From Takakia lepidozioides (Eukaryota; Plantae; Bryophyta): a stretch of DNA of 64,000 bases. Location of the stretch: the NCBI GenBank assembly GCA_030704615.1, contig CM060731.1, positions 53,072,001 through 53,136,000 on the forward strand, in the 5' to 3' direction. Every line of letters starts with the position of its first letter. Position 1 is the first letter of the stretch. A model generated the notes under the pieces. It searched no databases. It was not told the DNA's origin and saw only the letters and a program-made list of their open reading frames with translations. Shown in pieces: positions 61,736 to 64,000 of the stretch. The position numbers and the translations under genes are program-made.

Positions 61736-63795
61736 ATGAAACTGGCTCCCTGGAGGAGAATATCTCCAATGACGACTTTGGTACTGTGGCTTGTGCTGGT
61801 GCTGCATGCTGCTACTTTTGGCGTGTGTGAAGAGCTTAGGGCTGGTTATATGAATCCCAGGCGAGGTCTAGTGGATGAATCAGCTGGTCTCTGCGCTTCC
61901 ATCATACTAGTGGACGGGTACCCTTGCGAAGAAATCACGGTCCGTATTGCTTACATCGAACCCTTCGTGTCTTCCGCGCTTTCTGCCGGGCCAGATTGGA
62001 ACTTCAGAAAACCCAAACTGTACTTAGATCTCCATGTACATTTCCAGAATGATTCTTGAGCAAGTGGCACTTCCCTATTTTTCCCCTCTAGGTTGTTTTG
62101 ACCTACAAATTGCGAAAATGTTCAACATAGCGCTAACCCGAGAGCAATACTCTATCGAGGTCTTTCGAGTTTGAAGGGTTTTTGGGTTGCAACTCATTGC
62201 ACCAAGATTGCACCTGGGATCTCACTTACATGTACTTATCTATCACCTTGGAGGCACTTCATCATTGACACAACCAGAATGAATGGAGGGCTGTGCAGGT
62301 GCAGACATCGGACGGGTTCCTGCTGGGCCTACAGCACATTGCACATGGAGCGAGTGGGCCAGGATCAGTTGGAAGCCGACCCCCTGTCTACCTTCAGCAT
62401 GGATTGTTTGGGGTATGTCACATTTAGGCTCAGGTGGATTTATTGACTCACGTGCTTGAACCAGAATCAAGATTGATCTCGAATTCATTGCATATATAAT
62501 TAGTATCCATCGATCGGGACCAAAGAGTTTGATCAATAGCTGCGTGTGGCCTGGACTGAAGAAATGTCGAGTGAAGTCAAGACAGAACACGGCGAAAGTA
62601 CAGATAGTCCCTTACAAAATGTTGGCTCTTTCTCACCTGAATAGGGAGGACACAACTGGGTAATCAATCCCCCCGAAGAATCTTTGGCGTACATACTGGC
62701 AGACCAAGGATTTGATGTGTGGATCGGCAACACGCGTTGCAATCTGTGGAGTAAAGGCCACGTCTCCTTGTCAACCAGCGACACGGTACGTTCTCTAATT
62801 TTGCCATGTCCCGGCCTGGTCGACTTCTTCTTGAATCATCCCCACCAATGCGTACAACTTTTAGGAAGCGTATTTTTAAGTACTATAGCTGCATGGATAC
62901 TGCAAGTTAGTCAAGTATATGATTCTTGAAATATGCTCTCTTTCTATGGATCATTACGAGCTCTATTTGCTCTCCAACTGCTGCTGATCACTCGGCACTT
63001 TCGTCCGCTGCCTGACATGCAGGAGTATTGGGACTGGACATTTGATGAGCACGCATCAATTGATTTTCCGGCCTTGGTCTCTTATATCTACGGGGCAACT
63101 GGCACCCCCCTGTATTATGTGGGTCACTCTCAGGTACAGATATCGTACATACTGTATTCGTGTAGAGGTTACCGACATGGCATTTTGCAAGCTTCCTAAT
63201 CTAAATGGTGCACGGACTCATGAACGAGGATCAATCGAAATATGTCGTATTCATGAGAGTGATTGGTTGTTCTTGAAATTTAAACAGTACTGTACATACA
63301 AACACAATTTGATTTAACATAGGCTCGGCGCATTGGACTCAGTATAGTAGCGCAATTGACAAGATCTGGATTCGTCATCATGTGGTTGCTCGCAGGGGAC
63401 AATCATGGCCTTAGCGGCTTTCTCCCAGTCACCAGACATAACCCAAATGGTGAAAGCGGCTGTCTTAATGAGCCCAATCGCGTATATGCAGCACATCACG
63501 TCCATACTCTCCCGTGTCGCCGCCGATCTCATGCTTGACAAGGTACTGGTCTTGCAACCTTCAAAAGCTTGTCGTGTATTTTCCGAAAGGTCGTGTATAT
63601 TATCATGTTGCCCAGATGTGAGCACTCGCGCTCTAGTCAGACTATGAGATATCGAGGAAATGACTCCATGGCGGCCAGACTGTTTTAGATCTTTAGAGCC
63701 TATGAATCTATTTGACACGGCATTGTATGGTGCACAATGACGTGCTTGTGGCAGATTTTCAATCTATTTGGAATACAGGAAATCAGTATGCACAA
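61736..63795 (+). CDS. Triacylglycerol lipase, LIP1/MPL1-like (acid lipase family); continues past the window
   Basis: Exons 61736-61939, 62299-62412, 62645-62785, 63023-63133, 63396-63542 and 63755-63795. Motifs GYPCEE, TSDGFLL, PVYLQHGL, SLAYILADQGFDVWIGNTR, YWDWTFDE and nucleophile elbow VGHSQ|G. Confidence 0.93.
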
Positions 63796-64000
63796 GTAAG
63801 TTTCCAAGTCTCAGCATTTCTCTTACGGATAGTATACACGTGTGATTGCCAAGTGCTCTCTACTGAAGCAAAATTTCTTAATTGCAAGTTGCCATTTTTC
63901 AGGAAGAAAGACGCGTTGCTTAATTAGAGTGCTGCTTGAGTTAAAGCAGCTGCGACTTCCCTATTGTTTCTGAAAGAGCACTAGCACATCGTGAGCACTA

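Overview
Eukaryotic, transposon-dense window from a land plant, most likely a bryophyte or other early-diverging lineage (inferred from PLS-PPR fragments, plastid Cu/Zn-SOD exons, a DUF3455 gene and the TE families). About 1-56 kb is nested TE sequence. A CACTA TnpD pseudogene (1-9872) is split by a young but coding-dead chromoviral Ty3/Gypsy element (266-7084, TTGAC TSD). Host-gene fragments (RPS3a, PPR, SF3B2) and further CACTA, hAT, LINE and LTR-like remnants follow. A complete 7.6-kb hAT element (40098-47698, GTGTGAAC TSD) carries plastid Cu/Zn-SOD exons and an array of exon-intron-like repeats upstream of its transposase, and a MITE is stacked in the same target site. After a 500-N gap, the 3' part of a CACTA element has a TnpA-like gene that splices, with all called introns in phase 0, into a Tyr/Gly/Gln/Pro-rich region, a Ptta/TnpA domain, a coiled coil, an FCP1/NIF-type HAD phosphatase-like domain and a Tnp1/En/Spm-like C-terminus. 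This TnpA-FCP1 fusion is the best candidate for an undescribed system. Two apparently intact host genes close the window: a secreted DUF3455 protein and a LIP1/MPL1-like triacylglycerol lipase (3'-truncated by the window). All family assignments come from motif recognition by eye; no searches were run.
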